From the NCBI GenBank assembly GCA_016700135.1, contig CP065004.1:510001-542000 (forward strand): 32,000 nt of DNA, in the 5' to 3' direction. A program made the translations under genes and the position numbers. Position 1 is the first letter of the stretch. Each line of letters starts with the position of its first letter. Shown here one piece after another: positions 9,004 through 17,260 of the stretch. The DNA comes from Candidatus Saccharimonadota bacterium (GTDB lineage Bacteria; Patescibacteriota; Microgenomatia; UBA1406; GWC2-37-13). The notes below the pieces were generated by a model. It ran no database searches. It was not told the DNA's origin and worked only from the letters and a program-made list of their open reading frames with translations.

Positions 9004-10041
9004 ATGAAAAAGATACGATCTCTATCAGACTACAATCAGTCAGATGTAGCACAAATCAGAAACGATGTTCTGACATTTGCAGAGAAGTACGGGATACAAG
9101 CTGCAGTTGATGCATATGGGATATCACGAAGGACATTGTTTCGATGGAGGAAGAGACGGCGAGATTCAGAAGGGCAGTTGGATAGCCTGATACCAGAGAC
9201 AACCAAGCCAAAGACACCCCGACGTATGGAGACTCACCCGAAGGTCATATCCTTTATCAAAGAGATTCGAGAACAATACTTTTGTTTGGGAAAGGAGAAG
9301 ATCAAGCCCTTACTTGATGAGTATTGCCTACAGGAAGGAATTTCAACTATATCTGAGTCAACCATTGGAAAAGTGATCAAAAGACACAACCTGCAGCGCA
9401 AGACCTACCGGATCTATCACAATCCAGCAAGTGGCTTTGCAAAACGGAAAGTAAAGTACCGACAGAAGGTCAAGCGGTCTCCCAAGGTGGAAGATACCGG
9501 ATACATTGAGATTGATACCATCACGAAGTTTGTACACGGAATCAAGCTGTATGTCTTCAATGCAGTGGACATCAAACTCAAATTCCAGTTCTCCTACGGA
9601 TACTCAAAACTCAACAGCCGAAACGGTGCTGATTTTATGAGAAGACTGGAACTAGTATACCCAATACAAGATGGTATAAAAACCATACAAACAGATAACG
9701 GCCTCGAGTATCTGGGAAACTTCCATGACTATCTGGAAGAAAACAATATCCCACACCTCTTTATCTACCCCAGATGTCCCAAGATCAATGCCTTTATTGA
9801 GCGAGCAAACAGAACACTCCAGGAAGAATTTATGAACCCCTACATCTATACCAAGTGGACCGGTATCGGATCATTCAATCGTCACCTTATTGAATACCTC
9901 GTCTGGTACAATACAAAGCGAGTTCACAAAAGCCTGAACAATATTTCACCTATGGATTACCTATTATCTATTTTACCTAAAGAGTGCCATATGTATGGAA
10001 CTCATACAGAATGTTGTCAACAGACTACTGATCAGGTATAA
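9004..10041 (+). CDS. IS481/IS3-type DDE transposase (integrase core, rve domain)
   Basis: 345 aa. N-terminal HTH (GISRRTLFRWRKRR). DDE candidates are IEIDTIT, IQTDNGLEY and ERANRTLQEE, followed by YNTKRVHKSL. Confidence 0.75.
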   Translation: MKKIRSLSDYNQSDVAQIRNDVLTFAEKYGIQAAVDAYGISRRTLFRWRKRRRDSEGQLDSLIPETTKPKTPRRMETHPKVISFIKEIREQYFCLGKEKIKPLLDEYCLQEGISTISESTIGKVIKRHNLQRKTYRIYHNPASGFAKRKVKYRQKVKRSPKVEDTGYIEIDTITKFVHGIKLYVFNAVDIKLKFQFSYGYSKLNSRNGADFMRRLELVYPIQDGIKTIQTDNGLEYLGNFHDYLEENNIPHLFIYPRCPKINAFIERANRTLQEEFMNPYIYTKWTGIGSFNRHLIEYLVWYNTKRVHKSLNNISPMDYLLSILPKECHMYGTHTECCQQTTDQV

Positions 10042-10049
10042 TTACGGGT

Positions 10050-10631
10050 ATGAAAGTCTTTTTTGTCGGTACAAATCGCAGTGAAGAAAAACTCTTAAAG
10101 AACTATGAGTTTCTGTACAATGAAATCAAAAATCTGGGATATTCACATCTCAGCGATTTTACTCTTAAAGCCACCAAGGACTTCCAGGATCAGATGAAGG
10201 AAGGAAGAGATAAGCACATTGCTTTTTACAATGAGATGATCCGGGATATTCAGGCTGCTGACATCTGCATATTTGAAGCAAGTTCTCCGAGTCTTGCCAT
10301 CGGATTCCTGATACAAAGATCTCTTGATTATTCGAAACCGACAATCGTTCTGTACTACAAAGATAATCTTGTCTATTTCCTGTCAGGAACGGAAGACGAG
10401 AAGCTGATCAAGGCAAGTTACACGGAAGATAACTATAAAAAAGTCCTCAAAGATGCACTGGAGAATGCAAGAGAAAAAAGAGACAAGAGATTTAATTTCT
10501 TCCTCAGCCCGAAACTCCTCAATTACATTGAAGATGCAAGTAAAGAAAGAGGTATCACAAAATCCAAACTTCTTCGCGACATGATTGTGAACCACATGCG
10601 TGAAAACAAGGTAAATGATGTAGAAGAATAA
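10050..10631 (+). CDS. DNPH1/Rcl-like (nucleoside 2-deoxyribosyltransferase superfamily) domain fused to a C-terminal ribbon-helix-helix domain
   Basis: The N-terminus (MKVFFVGTNRSEE...AADICIFEASSPSLAIGFLIQRS..KPTIVLY) aligns by eye with DNPH1 (VYFCGSIRGGRED...ADVVVAEVTQPSLGVGYELGRA). The C-terminus (RFNFFLSPKLLNYIEDASKERGITKSKLLRDMIVNHM) looks like a CopG/Arc-type RHH. TATAAT lies 7 nt upstream of the ATG. Confidence 0.55.
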   Translation: MKVFFVGTNRSEEKLLKNYEFLYNEIKNLGYSHLSDFTLKATKDFQDQMKEGRDKHIAFYNEMIRDIQAADICIFEASSPSLAIGFLIQRSLDYSKPTIVLYYKDNLVYFLSGTEDEKLIKASYTEDNYKKVLKDALENAREKRDKRFNFFLSPKLLNYIEDASKERGITKSKLLRDMIVNHMRENKVNDVEE

Positions 10632-11384
10632 TCATTTCCCGATCGTTTTTATCCTTTTGTTGAGAAAACAATAATAATTCGGATCCACTTCCTTGGAATT
10701 TACAAACACGGGGACATATATCTCATCTGACGGCAATCCCAACTGTTTTTTCTCCACCGTTTTCAACGGTTTAAAATCCTCAAGCTCCAGCTGCGCTCGT
10801 TCCTGTTCCTCTTGAGTTATTCCCCGGGAGGCTTCATAAAGAATTTTCTGTTCTTGTCTGGGCTTTTCCTGATGGATAATATTCTCGAAATCAACAAGGA
10901 TACGTTCATAATCACTGTAAACATCATACGTTTTTTGGTATTCAAGAGTGAGAGCCAGAGGATGGTGATAGGTAAGATATTGTTTTGAATATTCTTCATC
11001 CCGATCCCAAATGATATGAGGAGCCGTCACATATGAACAGGCGTTCAGTATTTCTGGTCGGGTACTATTTACAAAAATACAGTCATCCCATGAAGACGGG
11101 TGAATGGAACGGGTCGTATGGATATCGTATATTTCATCGAAATTCCGGAAATATTGTTTCAGGATATGAGCTCTTTTTTCTTCGTAGGTTTGCGGATTTG
11201 AGATATTAAAAGATCTGTTCAGATCCGTTTCAATGTATCTGATATTCAGAGGTACAGCTTCAGGATTGCCGATAATGACTTTCCAACTGACCCGATCTGT
11301 TTCTCCGTACGGATAATCCTGGAAAAGTTTGTGACCTGCTAACTCATCTCCATGGGTACAAACAACAAATAAAATTTTTTTCAT
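10632..11384 (-). CDS. Succinylglutamate desuccinylase/aspartoacylase (AstE/AspA) family zinc hydrolase
   Basis: 250 aa. The N-terminal KILFVVCTHGDELAG matches the H-x-x-E zinc-binding start of this family. Abuts the convergent upstream gene with no gap. Confidence 0.6.
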   Translation of the reverse strand: MKKILFVVCTHGDELAGHKLFQDYPYGETDRVSWKVIIGNPEAVPLNIRYIETDLNRSFNISNPQTYEEKRAHILKQYFRNFDEIYDIHTTRSIHPSSWDDCIFVNSTRPEILNACSYVTAPHIIWDRDEEYSKQYLTYHHPLALTLEYQKTYDVYSDYERILVDFENIIHQEKPRQEQKILYEASRGITQEEQERAQLELEDFKPLKTVEKKQLGLPSDEIYVPVFVNSKEVDPNYYCFLNKRIKTIGK

Positions 11385-11409
11385 GACAAAAATCTAAAAT
11401 GGTAATAGA

Positions 11410-11526
11410 CTAGATTGATTTACTTTTGATAAGTTTTGCTACAATCCCGATCGGAATATAAAACATAAGGAACACTACTACTCCGATAATCCAGCCGATA
11501 AGCAATATGTTTTGAAATTTATTCAT
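11410..11526 (-). CDS. Possible 38-aa single-TM small protein (below the ORF-track cutoff)
   Basis: Hand translation gives MNKFQNILLIGWIIGVVVFLMFYIPIGIVAKLIKSKSI: a hydrophobic core with a basic tail. Same strand as the AstE-like gene and 25 nt upstream of it. Confidence 0.3.
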   Translation of the reverse strand: MNKFQNILLIGWIIGVVVFLMFYIPIGIVAKLIKSKSI

Positions 11527-11587
11527 TTACTTATTAATTGATATGACAAAAGTGTATCGACTGAAGAAATGGAACGGAATGACAGTA

Positions 11588-11605
11588 TTGTCAGGAAAAC
11601 TGACT
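11588..11605. promoter_or_regulatory. Palindrome-containing motif TTGTCAGGAAAACTGACT, copy 1
   Basis: Exact 18-nt match to 17409-17426. The core GTCAG-N5-CTGAC is an inverted repeat. Lies between the stop of the TIM-barrel gene (11613) and the small ORF start (11526). Confidence 0.5.
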
Positions 11606-11612
11606 ATGAAGT

Positions 11613-12197
11613 TTAGCTTGAAGTGACTTCTCCCTGCTCAAAAATAAAGGTCCGTCCGGATGATATTTCGGCGATGAAATCAGGAGTAAGGATTTCTCCG
11701 ACGGGCCAATGCTCGTCTCCGCGAAGATCATTTTCATGAAGGTGCAGGTGTTTGATTTGCGGACCCCACTCCTGAAGGATTGCCCGTATGCGCGCCTGAG
11801 CATCATCTTTGTCCTTGGCACCCAACATGGCGTGTCCCGTATCAAGTGTCAGCTCAATATCACGAGGGACATGTGTCCAGTCGGTTTGACCGTGCTTGAG
11901 TTCCCATGATCCGTACACAATCTCCGGTGAATTTTCCCAGTACAGGGGAACTCCGAATATCTTTTTCAGACCTTCTCCGTACCGGATAAAGTGCAAACCG
12001 CGATCTAAATCGGGATAAATCTCAGGGTGCTGGATCTCAAAAGGCAGATGGACATTCAGAGAAAGAAGTCGTCCCTGCTGTGTCAACAGAAAATCTCTGA
12101 CAAGGTTTATGTAATCTTCCACCTGAGTTACTTCATATCGCGATTTGGCATGAGCGTGTTCTCCTTCTACTCTCAGCATGTATAGTTCATTGTTCAT
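11613..12197 (-). CDS. Xylose-isomerase-like TIM-barrel protein (sugar phosphate isomerase/epimerase family), short form
   Basis: 194 aa. LDTGHAML and KHLHLHENDLRGDEHWPVGEG-like motifs are typical of the AP-endonuclease-2/xylose-isomerase-like barrel. Its start overlaps the upstream kinase gene by 4 nt. Confidence 0.55.
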   Translation of the reverse strand: MNNELYMLRVEGEHAHAKSRYEVTQVEDYINLVRDFLLTQQGRLLSLNVHLPFEIQHPEIYPDLDRGLHFIRYGEGLKKIFGVPLYWENSPEIVYGSWELKHGQTDWTHVPRDIELTLDTGHAMLGAKDKDDAQARIRAILQEWGPQIKHLHLHENDLRGDEHWPVGEILTPDFIAEISSGRTFIFEQGEVTSS

Positions 12198-13000
12198 AAG
12201 ATAGAGCGTATCATTTCAATTTTAGGCTGATAAAACGGAGTTGTAAATCGGGTTTCCTGTCCTTCTTCATCGGAAGGCATCCATTCCAGCGTTTTGAGTA
12301 CGGCGAAATGCTTTTGAACTGATGTCTCAGGAGGAATCCCATAACCGGACCAAAAAGGAGATGACGATTCAGGATGAGCGTGTTCGACGGACATAAGGAC
12401 GACCGCAAAATCTTCATAAGGAGATGCAACATTTGCAGTTTCCCAATCAATAACCGAAGAAAGTTCGAAGTGTTCATTCACCCGTCTTCCGATATAGTTA
12501 GAAAGCCAGTAATCGCCGTGTATCCAGGATAGGCCCCTTTTTTCAATTTCATCCTGTTTGTATGTTTCTGTCAATCCTTCAAGAAGTGCAAACGGTTCGA
12601 TTTTCAGATTCCTCAAATACGGATCAGCTCCGTGGACGAGTTTAAAAATCCTCTGCATATGTGCATCGTGAAATCCGGGAACGACCGGGTATCTGATCTG
12701 TTGATGGATGTGTGCAAGCGTTTCTCCGGCTTGTCTGTAAATTTGCATTCTGACTGCTTCAGGATAGCTGTCAATTTCACCGTCCAGATATTTTTCGCCC
12801 TCAACATATGACATTGCAATTCCGCCAGTCGTAAATCCCCGAAATTCAGGGGCTACATCTATTTTTTTCATAGATATGTATTCGGCCCTTCTTCTTTGGT
12901 CAGGCGGAGTACCGATCCCGTTTCCTGTATTAAAATGTTTTGTTATGGTGCCGTTTGTCCGGAATAACGAGTTAACTGTACCTCCTTCCAGTTCTTTCAT
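12194..13000 (-). CDS. APH/choline-kinase-family phosphotransferase
   Basis: 268 aa. Catalytic loop is WIHGDYWLSNYI (HGDxxxxN) and the metal-binding segment is VIDWETANVASPYEDFA. Confidence 0.7.
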   Translation of the reverse strand: MKELEGGTVNSLFRTNGTITKHFNTGNGIGTPPDQRRRAEYISMKKIDVAPEFRGFTTGGIAMSYVEGEKYLDGEIDSYPEAVRMQIYRQAGETLAHIHQQIRYPVVPGFHDAHMQRIFKLVHGADPYLRNLKIEPFALLEGLTETYKQDEIEKRGLSWIHGDYWLSNYIGRRVNEHFELSSVIDWETANVASPYEDFAVVLMSVEHAHPESSSPFWSGYGIPPETSVQKHFAVLKTLEWMPSDEEGQETRFTTPFYQPKIEMIRSIL

Positions 13001-13872
13001 ACGTGTTGCTTAAAATAACTGACATCAATTTGTGTCATAGCCTGTTGAGCCTGTTCCAAATACTCATCGAGTCCTATGGAAACCATTGATTGCGGTGTCC
13101 CTTCTCGGGTTTTATTGGTTGACCAGTTGATGACGGCATCAGGAGTGAGAGGGAAATCGGCAATAACCGAGAAAAATTCCGGATACCACTCCCCGAGATC
13201 GGTGAAATTGGCATAAACGATTTCGCCGTCAGAAAGGGCTTCTCCGAGTGACCGGACATAAGGTCTATGGGTAAAATTCCCCTGGGAAAAGAGTACTTGT
13301 GTATCACTTAATGCTTTTCTGGATTGCTGATATGCAGCATCGCTTGCAAGAAAGTGTTTGTCTCCGAAAGATTCCCGCTCAACATGGTAGTACGATTCTG
13401 CATCGACCTGTTCAAGCTTCATCAAGCCGAAAAGCTCGTCAAGCTGTGCCAGTTCCAGATAGTCCTCTTTCGTCTCGGCGTTCCTGATGGTATCTACCAT
13501 TTTGAACACCTGATCGAGGACAAAACTGTTTCGGTCAATACTCACAAGACAATCAACATCAAGATAGGGAGTGACGGTGAGAAGTGCTCCTACTCCGGAG
13601 ATGATTCCGACACGGGGTTTCCCGTTGCGTTTCTGCCTTGATATGTTTTGGCCGATCGTATCAAGGGAATCGGCAAATCCCAAATCATTTGTATAAATCC
13701 AAGGAACAAGTTTGGTCCGCAGCTCACCCCGTTTTGACATCGGGATATTCGCAAGAGCTTGTCTCATGTGTTGGATATTCATATCTTCAATAGCAAACTG
13801 ATAATTCAGGGCGTTGAAGTATTCAGGTTTCATACGCTGAGCAGTATATGGAGACCTGATGATGAAACACAT
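12997..13872 (-). CDS. Hypothetical protein, first gene of the kinase/isomerase operon
   Basis: A 291-aa ORF overlapping the next gene by 4 nt. A weak Rossmann-like stretch (VGIISGVGALL...LVSIDRN) is present. The start could instead be the internal Met at 13833 (MKPEYF). Confidence 0.5.
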   Translation of the reverse strand: MCFIIRSPYTAQRMKPEYFNALNYQFAIEDMNIQHMRQALANIPMSKRGELRTKLVPWIYTNDLGFADSLDTIGQNISRQKRNGKPRVGIISGVGALLTVTPYLDVDCLVSIDRNSFVLDQVFKMVDTIRNAETKEDYLELAQLDELFGLMKLEQVDAESYYHVERESFGDKHFLASDAAYQQSRKALSDTQVLFSQGNFTHRPYVRSLGEALSDGEIVYANFTDLGEWYPEFFSVIADFPLTPDAVINWSTNKTREGTPQSMVSIGLDEYLEQAQQAMTQIDVSYFKQHV

Positions 13873-13880
13873 GACAAAAC

Positions 13881-13896
13881 TGTCCAGAAAGCTGAC
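13881..13896. promoter_or_regulatory. Degenerate copy of the GTCAG/CTGAC motif (TGTCCAGAAAGCTGAC)
   Basis: 13 of 16 positions match TGTCAGGAAAACTGAC. Lies in the 47-nt divergent intergenic region between 13872 and 13920. Confidence 0.35.
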
Positions 13897-13907
13897 AGTT
13901 CATTGAG

Positions 13908-13913
13908 TATAAT
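13908..13913 (+). promoter_or_regulatory. -10 hexamer TATAAT located 6 nt upstream of the STAND-1 ATG (leaderless-type start)
   Basis: The sequence reads TATAAT-atgtgt-ATG(13920). STAND-2 has the same geometry. Confidence 0.45.
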
Positions 13914-13919
13914 ATGTGT

Positions 13920-16175
13920 ATGACAAAGCTCTCAGCGGGGACAGGCTTTGCATCGCTTTTCAAAAAATACAGACTTCGTTCGGAGATAGAGACACTATCA
14001 GAGTTCGGAGATATCCTTGCTGAAGAGGGGATGGTCTACGAAACCAGTTTATTTACTAAATGGCAAAGCGGATACAGGACCCCCAGGGACCGCCGCTTAC
14101 TTCTTACGATAATCCGAATATGCAATAAGCGGGGCGGAATACGGCTGATTCGTGAAGCAAACGCACTTCTTGAAGCGGCCGGACAGGGATACATGACGGA
14201 GAGTGAGATCTCAGATATCCCTGCACTTCACCGACAATTTTCTTTCCAGGCACCAAGGAAAATCGCATACTATATCGGAAGGCAACTGTATATCACAAAG
14301 GCCACAAATGCTCTGACTGAAGGGAAAACGGTACTGCTGTACGGGCAGCCCGGGATCGGGAAAACGGTTATCGCAGGAGGAATAGGACACGATGTGGCTC
14401 ATCATTTTCCGGACGGAGTGTATTGGTATCAGCTCCAATCATCAACAGTAATGGATATTCTGGCTTCGATCGCAGAAATATTCGGGCACAACGTCCGCAA
14501 TATCGAGGATTTAACAATCCGGGCATCGGTTGTGAGATCTTTGTTAGTCAACACGAAAGCTCTTTTTGTCTTTGACAATCTGGAACATGAAGATGATATT
14601 GATTTTCTTCTCCCGAATACCCGTTCGTGTGGAGTGCTTTTCACTTCGATCCATCCGTGTATACATGCTAGAGGTATTGACGAAAGGATACAGGTACAGC
14701 CGTTTACGAAGAATGAGGCACTGTATCTGTTTCATGAGATACTGGGCGAAACATATACGCAACTCCATACACGTGATATATTGAAGCTCTACGCTCTTGT
14801 TGAGGGACTTCCACTTGCGCTGCATGTTGCGGCCAAACAGGTACTGCATTTCAAAAAGTCACTGCAGGAGTTGATTTCTCATATAGAAAACACCAGGACG
14901 AATTTAGCGGATTATGCATATGAAAATAAGAGTATTTCATCTGTTCTGCAGATCTGTTTTGAGAAACTGAAGCCTAGGCAGAAGGAAGTATTTTCTTCTC
15001 TGGCTGTATTTTCAGGTCGGGATTTTTCCGTACAGGCTGTGGCATATATTAATCGGATGACTGTTGCGGATGCACAGAGACAGCTTGAGTCCTTGTACGG
15101 TTTTTCATTGATTGATCAATCAAATCACAACAGATATCGCATGCACCCCTTTATCCGCATATTCGCTCTCTCTCACGTGAAACAGGACGTGTATGTCAGG
15201 GCAGTTCGGTGCTACTTGAAAACGATCAAAATGAAGCGGAAAACATACTTCCTTTTTGTCCGTCGGGAACTTGATAACATACTGCCGCTTCTTGATAAAA
15301 CGCTTTCCTCAGAAGTATGGAGTTCCGTTTCGGAGATTTGGGAATATCTGTCTGATTACCTGTGGAATGCAGGGCGCTGGGACGATCTCAAAAGATACAG
15401 CAAGCATATCTACAGGCTGAGCGGTAAACACAAAGATTATGCTGCTAAAATCCGTGTGTGTTTACTCTCCCTCAGCCTGGTGTATTACTGGAAAAATCAA
15501 CTGAAACGTTCTGAACGGTATATCAGGGAAGGGCTGAGTTTGGCATCAAAGATAAATGACCGGTATCTGGTGATGCTGGGAAAGCAGCGGCTGGGACGAG
15601 TCCTAATGAATACGAGTAAGTTTGAAGAATCTGAGCATTTGCTTGAGGAGGCAAAGACATATTTCTTAAGCGTCCACGACCAAATCCAACTTGCGATAAC
15701 CATCACAAATATCGGAGAAACGGAACTGAGGAAAGGGCATTTTGATACTGCTCTTACGCATTTTTATGAAGCTTATCAATACAGCCGGAGTATCCAGGAT
15801 ATATCCATGAAAAACATATGTCTGGCAGAAGTTCTATTCTATATCGGAGGATTGAAGTTGTTGAAGAAAGATTGGGATGAAGCACAGAGAAGTTTTGTTG
15901 GCGGTTTGGAATATTGTAAAAAAATTAACGAATACTCGGAGATTTCAGTCATGGGATATATTGGGCTCGCCTTGTGTTTCGAATACTTTGGACAGATAGG
16001 ACCTGCTAAAGAAAGTTATCACCGTGCCCGTGAACAGATAGAATTTCTTGGGATTGATAAGTCTCTTTTTCATCATGATACTCTTTTTTCTATCCTGAAA
16101 AACGAGATTGTTGAAAGCCCGATCTGCGGGTCATTAATGGGTAAAGAGGAGAGAGAAGTGACTCTAAATACTTGA
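13920..16175 (+). CDS. STAND NTPase: XRE-type HTH + NB-ARC P-loop + TPR repeats (paralogue 1)
   Basis: The start at 13920 (MTKLSAGT) matches the paralogue's N-terminus. Walker A is GQPGIGKT, Walker B is LFVFDNLEH, and the NB-ARC signature is EGLPLAL. The C-terminal about 300 aa is TPR-like. Confidence 0.8.
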   Translation: MTKLSAGTGFASLFKKYRLRSEIETLSEFGDILAEEGMVYETSLFTKWQSGYRTPRDRRLLLTIIRICNKRGGIRLIREANALLEAAGQGYMTESEISDIPALHRQFSFQAPRKIAYYIGRQLYITKATNALTEGKTVLLYGQPGIGKTVIAGGIGHDVAHHFPDGVYWYQLQSSTVMDILASIAEIFGHNVRNIEDLTIRASVVRSLLVNTKALFVFDNLEHEDDIDFLLPNTRSCGVLFTSIHPCIHARGIDERIQVQPFTKNEALYLFHEILGETYTQLHTRDILKLYALVEGLPLALHVAAKQVLHFKKSLQELISHIENTRTNLADYAYENKSISSVLQICFEKLKPRQKEVFSSLAVFSGRDFSVQAVAYINRMTVADAQRQLESLYGFSLIDQSNHNRYRMHPFIRIFALSHVKQDVYVRAVRCYLKTIKMKRKTYFLFVRRELDNILPLLDKTLSSEVWSSVSEIWEYLSDYLWNAGRWDDLKRYSKHIYRLSGKHKDYAAKIRVCLLSLSLVYYWKNQLKRSERYIREGLSLASKINDRYLVMLGKQRLGRVLMNTSKFEESEHLLEEAKTYFLSVHDQIQLAITITNIGETELRKGHFDTALTHFYEAYQYSRSIQDISMKNICLAEVLFYIGGLKLLKKDWDEAQRSFVGGLEYCKKINEYSEISVMGYIGLALCFEYFGQIGPAKESYHRAREQIEFLGIDKSLFHHDTLFSILKNEIVESPICGSLMGKEEREVTLNT

Positions 16176-16176
16176 A

Positions 16177-16770
16177 TTATTCACATTGAAAGAAATAAGA
16201 TCCGATACTATCATTTGTCCACTTTTCATTATCTTTCGGAATATTTTGCCAAACCTCCATACCTCTCCCTGATTTTTTTGAAAAGGTAAGAAATTCATAG
16301 TTATAAACACGATTATAATTCTCTTTCTTCACAGGTCGTACCGCTTGGATAATATTGTTTTCATCTTTAATTATGGTGTAGTCTTCCAAAGGATCCATAG
16401 ATCCTGTATCACGAGATCGAATGATCTTGTCATTTTGAAATGTGAGACTAAAGCGTATTGATTCACTTTTTATCATCATGGCTGTTGTCCTGTTTCCGTC
16501 TTTTAAGCTATAAAGGCCGTCATTCAATTGTTGATTTGTATATGCAGTACATTTGAGTTTTTCTCTAAAGGTAAATGTATTTACCCTATCCGGAAGAAAA
16601 CAGTTTGTTTGATAATCTTCCCAAAAGTTACTCTGACTAAAACAAGTAAGCCTATCTCGAGGGATAGAACTGATGTCGTATAGTATAGTAGGCCAGCGAG
16701 TTCCAAAGAAAAAGGCAGCTATGGAAACTAGTAAGAAAAGTATAATGGTAAATACTGTTTGCTTTTTCAT
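16177..16770 (-). CDS. Hypothetical secreted or membrane-anchored protein
   Basis: 197 aa with an N-terminal hydrophobic signal/anchor (MKKQTVFTIILFLLVSIAAFFFG). TGcATAAT lies 6 nt upstream of the ATG on the minus strand. Confidence 0.55.
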   Translation of the reverse strand: MKKQTVFTIILFLLVSIAAFFFGTRWPTILYDISSIPRDRLTCFSQSNFWEDYQTNCFLPDRVNTFTFREKLKCTAYTNQQLNDGLYSLKDGNRTTAMMIKSESIRFSLTFQNDKIIRSRDTGSMDPLEDYTIIKDENNIIQAVRPVKKENYNRVYNYEFLTFSKKSGRGMEVWQNIPKDNEKWTNDSIGSYFFQCE

Positions 16771-16852
16771 ATTTCAATTATGCAATAAGGGAAATGGATT
16801 TACCTTCCTATCGATTGATTGGGAGGTAAGAAACTACTCAACAGACGGTTGA

Positions 16853-17260
16853 CTATCCCTTCGTGCAGCCAGGCCATGATGATCGGACATCGATGAGAAT
16901 TCGAACCCAGTCACCAGACATACTTGTCGGGATGCTTAAAGAACAGCCATTGTAAACACGACGGCCATCGGGGTAGCGGACTCCGTAGTCCACATACAAA
17001 CTTCCTTTCCACCACCAATTTGAGAGGCGATACTCATTGACAAGGGGATTAAACTCCCTGTACCAAGAAACCGACTGCCCATTGTGATTTGTCCCATAGA
17101 CGCGGATCCAGGCGATACCTTGTGCCCCTGAATCGGATGCCTTCTGGAACAAAAGTTGCTGCCCATTACTTCCAGCCATGACTTCGTGAGATGGTATGAT
17201 ACTGACCATGCTCACAACCAATGCAAGCACCACTACTACAAACGTGAGTTGCCGACGCAT
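16853..17260 (-). CDS. Small secreted protein, Trp-rich, compositionally distinct
   Basis: 135 aa. Signal peptide is MRRQLTFVVVVLALVVSMVSIIPSHEVMA. A clear AAAGGAG Shine-Dalgarno sits 7 nt upstream. The gene is visibly more GC-rich than its neighbours. Confidence 0.6.
   Translation of the reverse strand: MRRQLTFVVVVLALVVSMVSIIPSHEVMAGSNGQQLLFQKASDSGAQGIAWIRVYGTNHNGQSVSWYREFNPLVNEYRLSNWWWKGSLYVDYGVRYPDGRRVYNGCSLSIPTSMSGDWVRILIDVRSSWPGCTKG

Noticed and set aside
16898-16908. tRNA T-loop-like string (GGGTTCGAATT on the minus strand)
   Set aside because: The flanking bases do not form a T-stem or acceptor stem, and the site lies inside a well-supported signal-peptide-bearing ORF.
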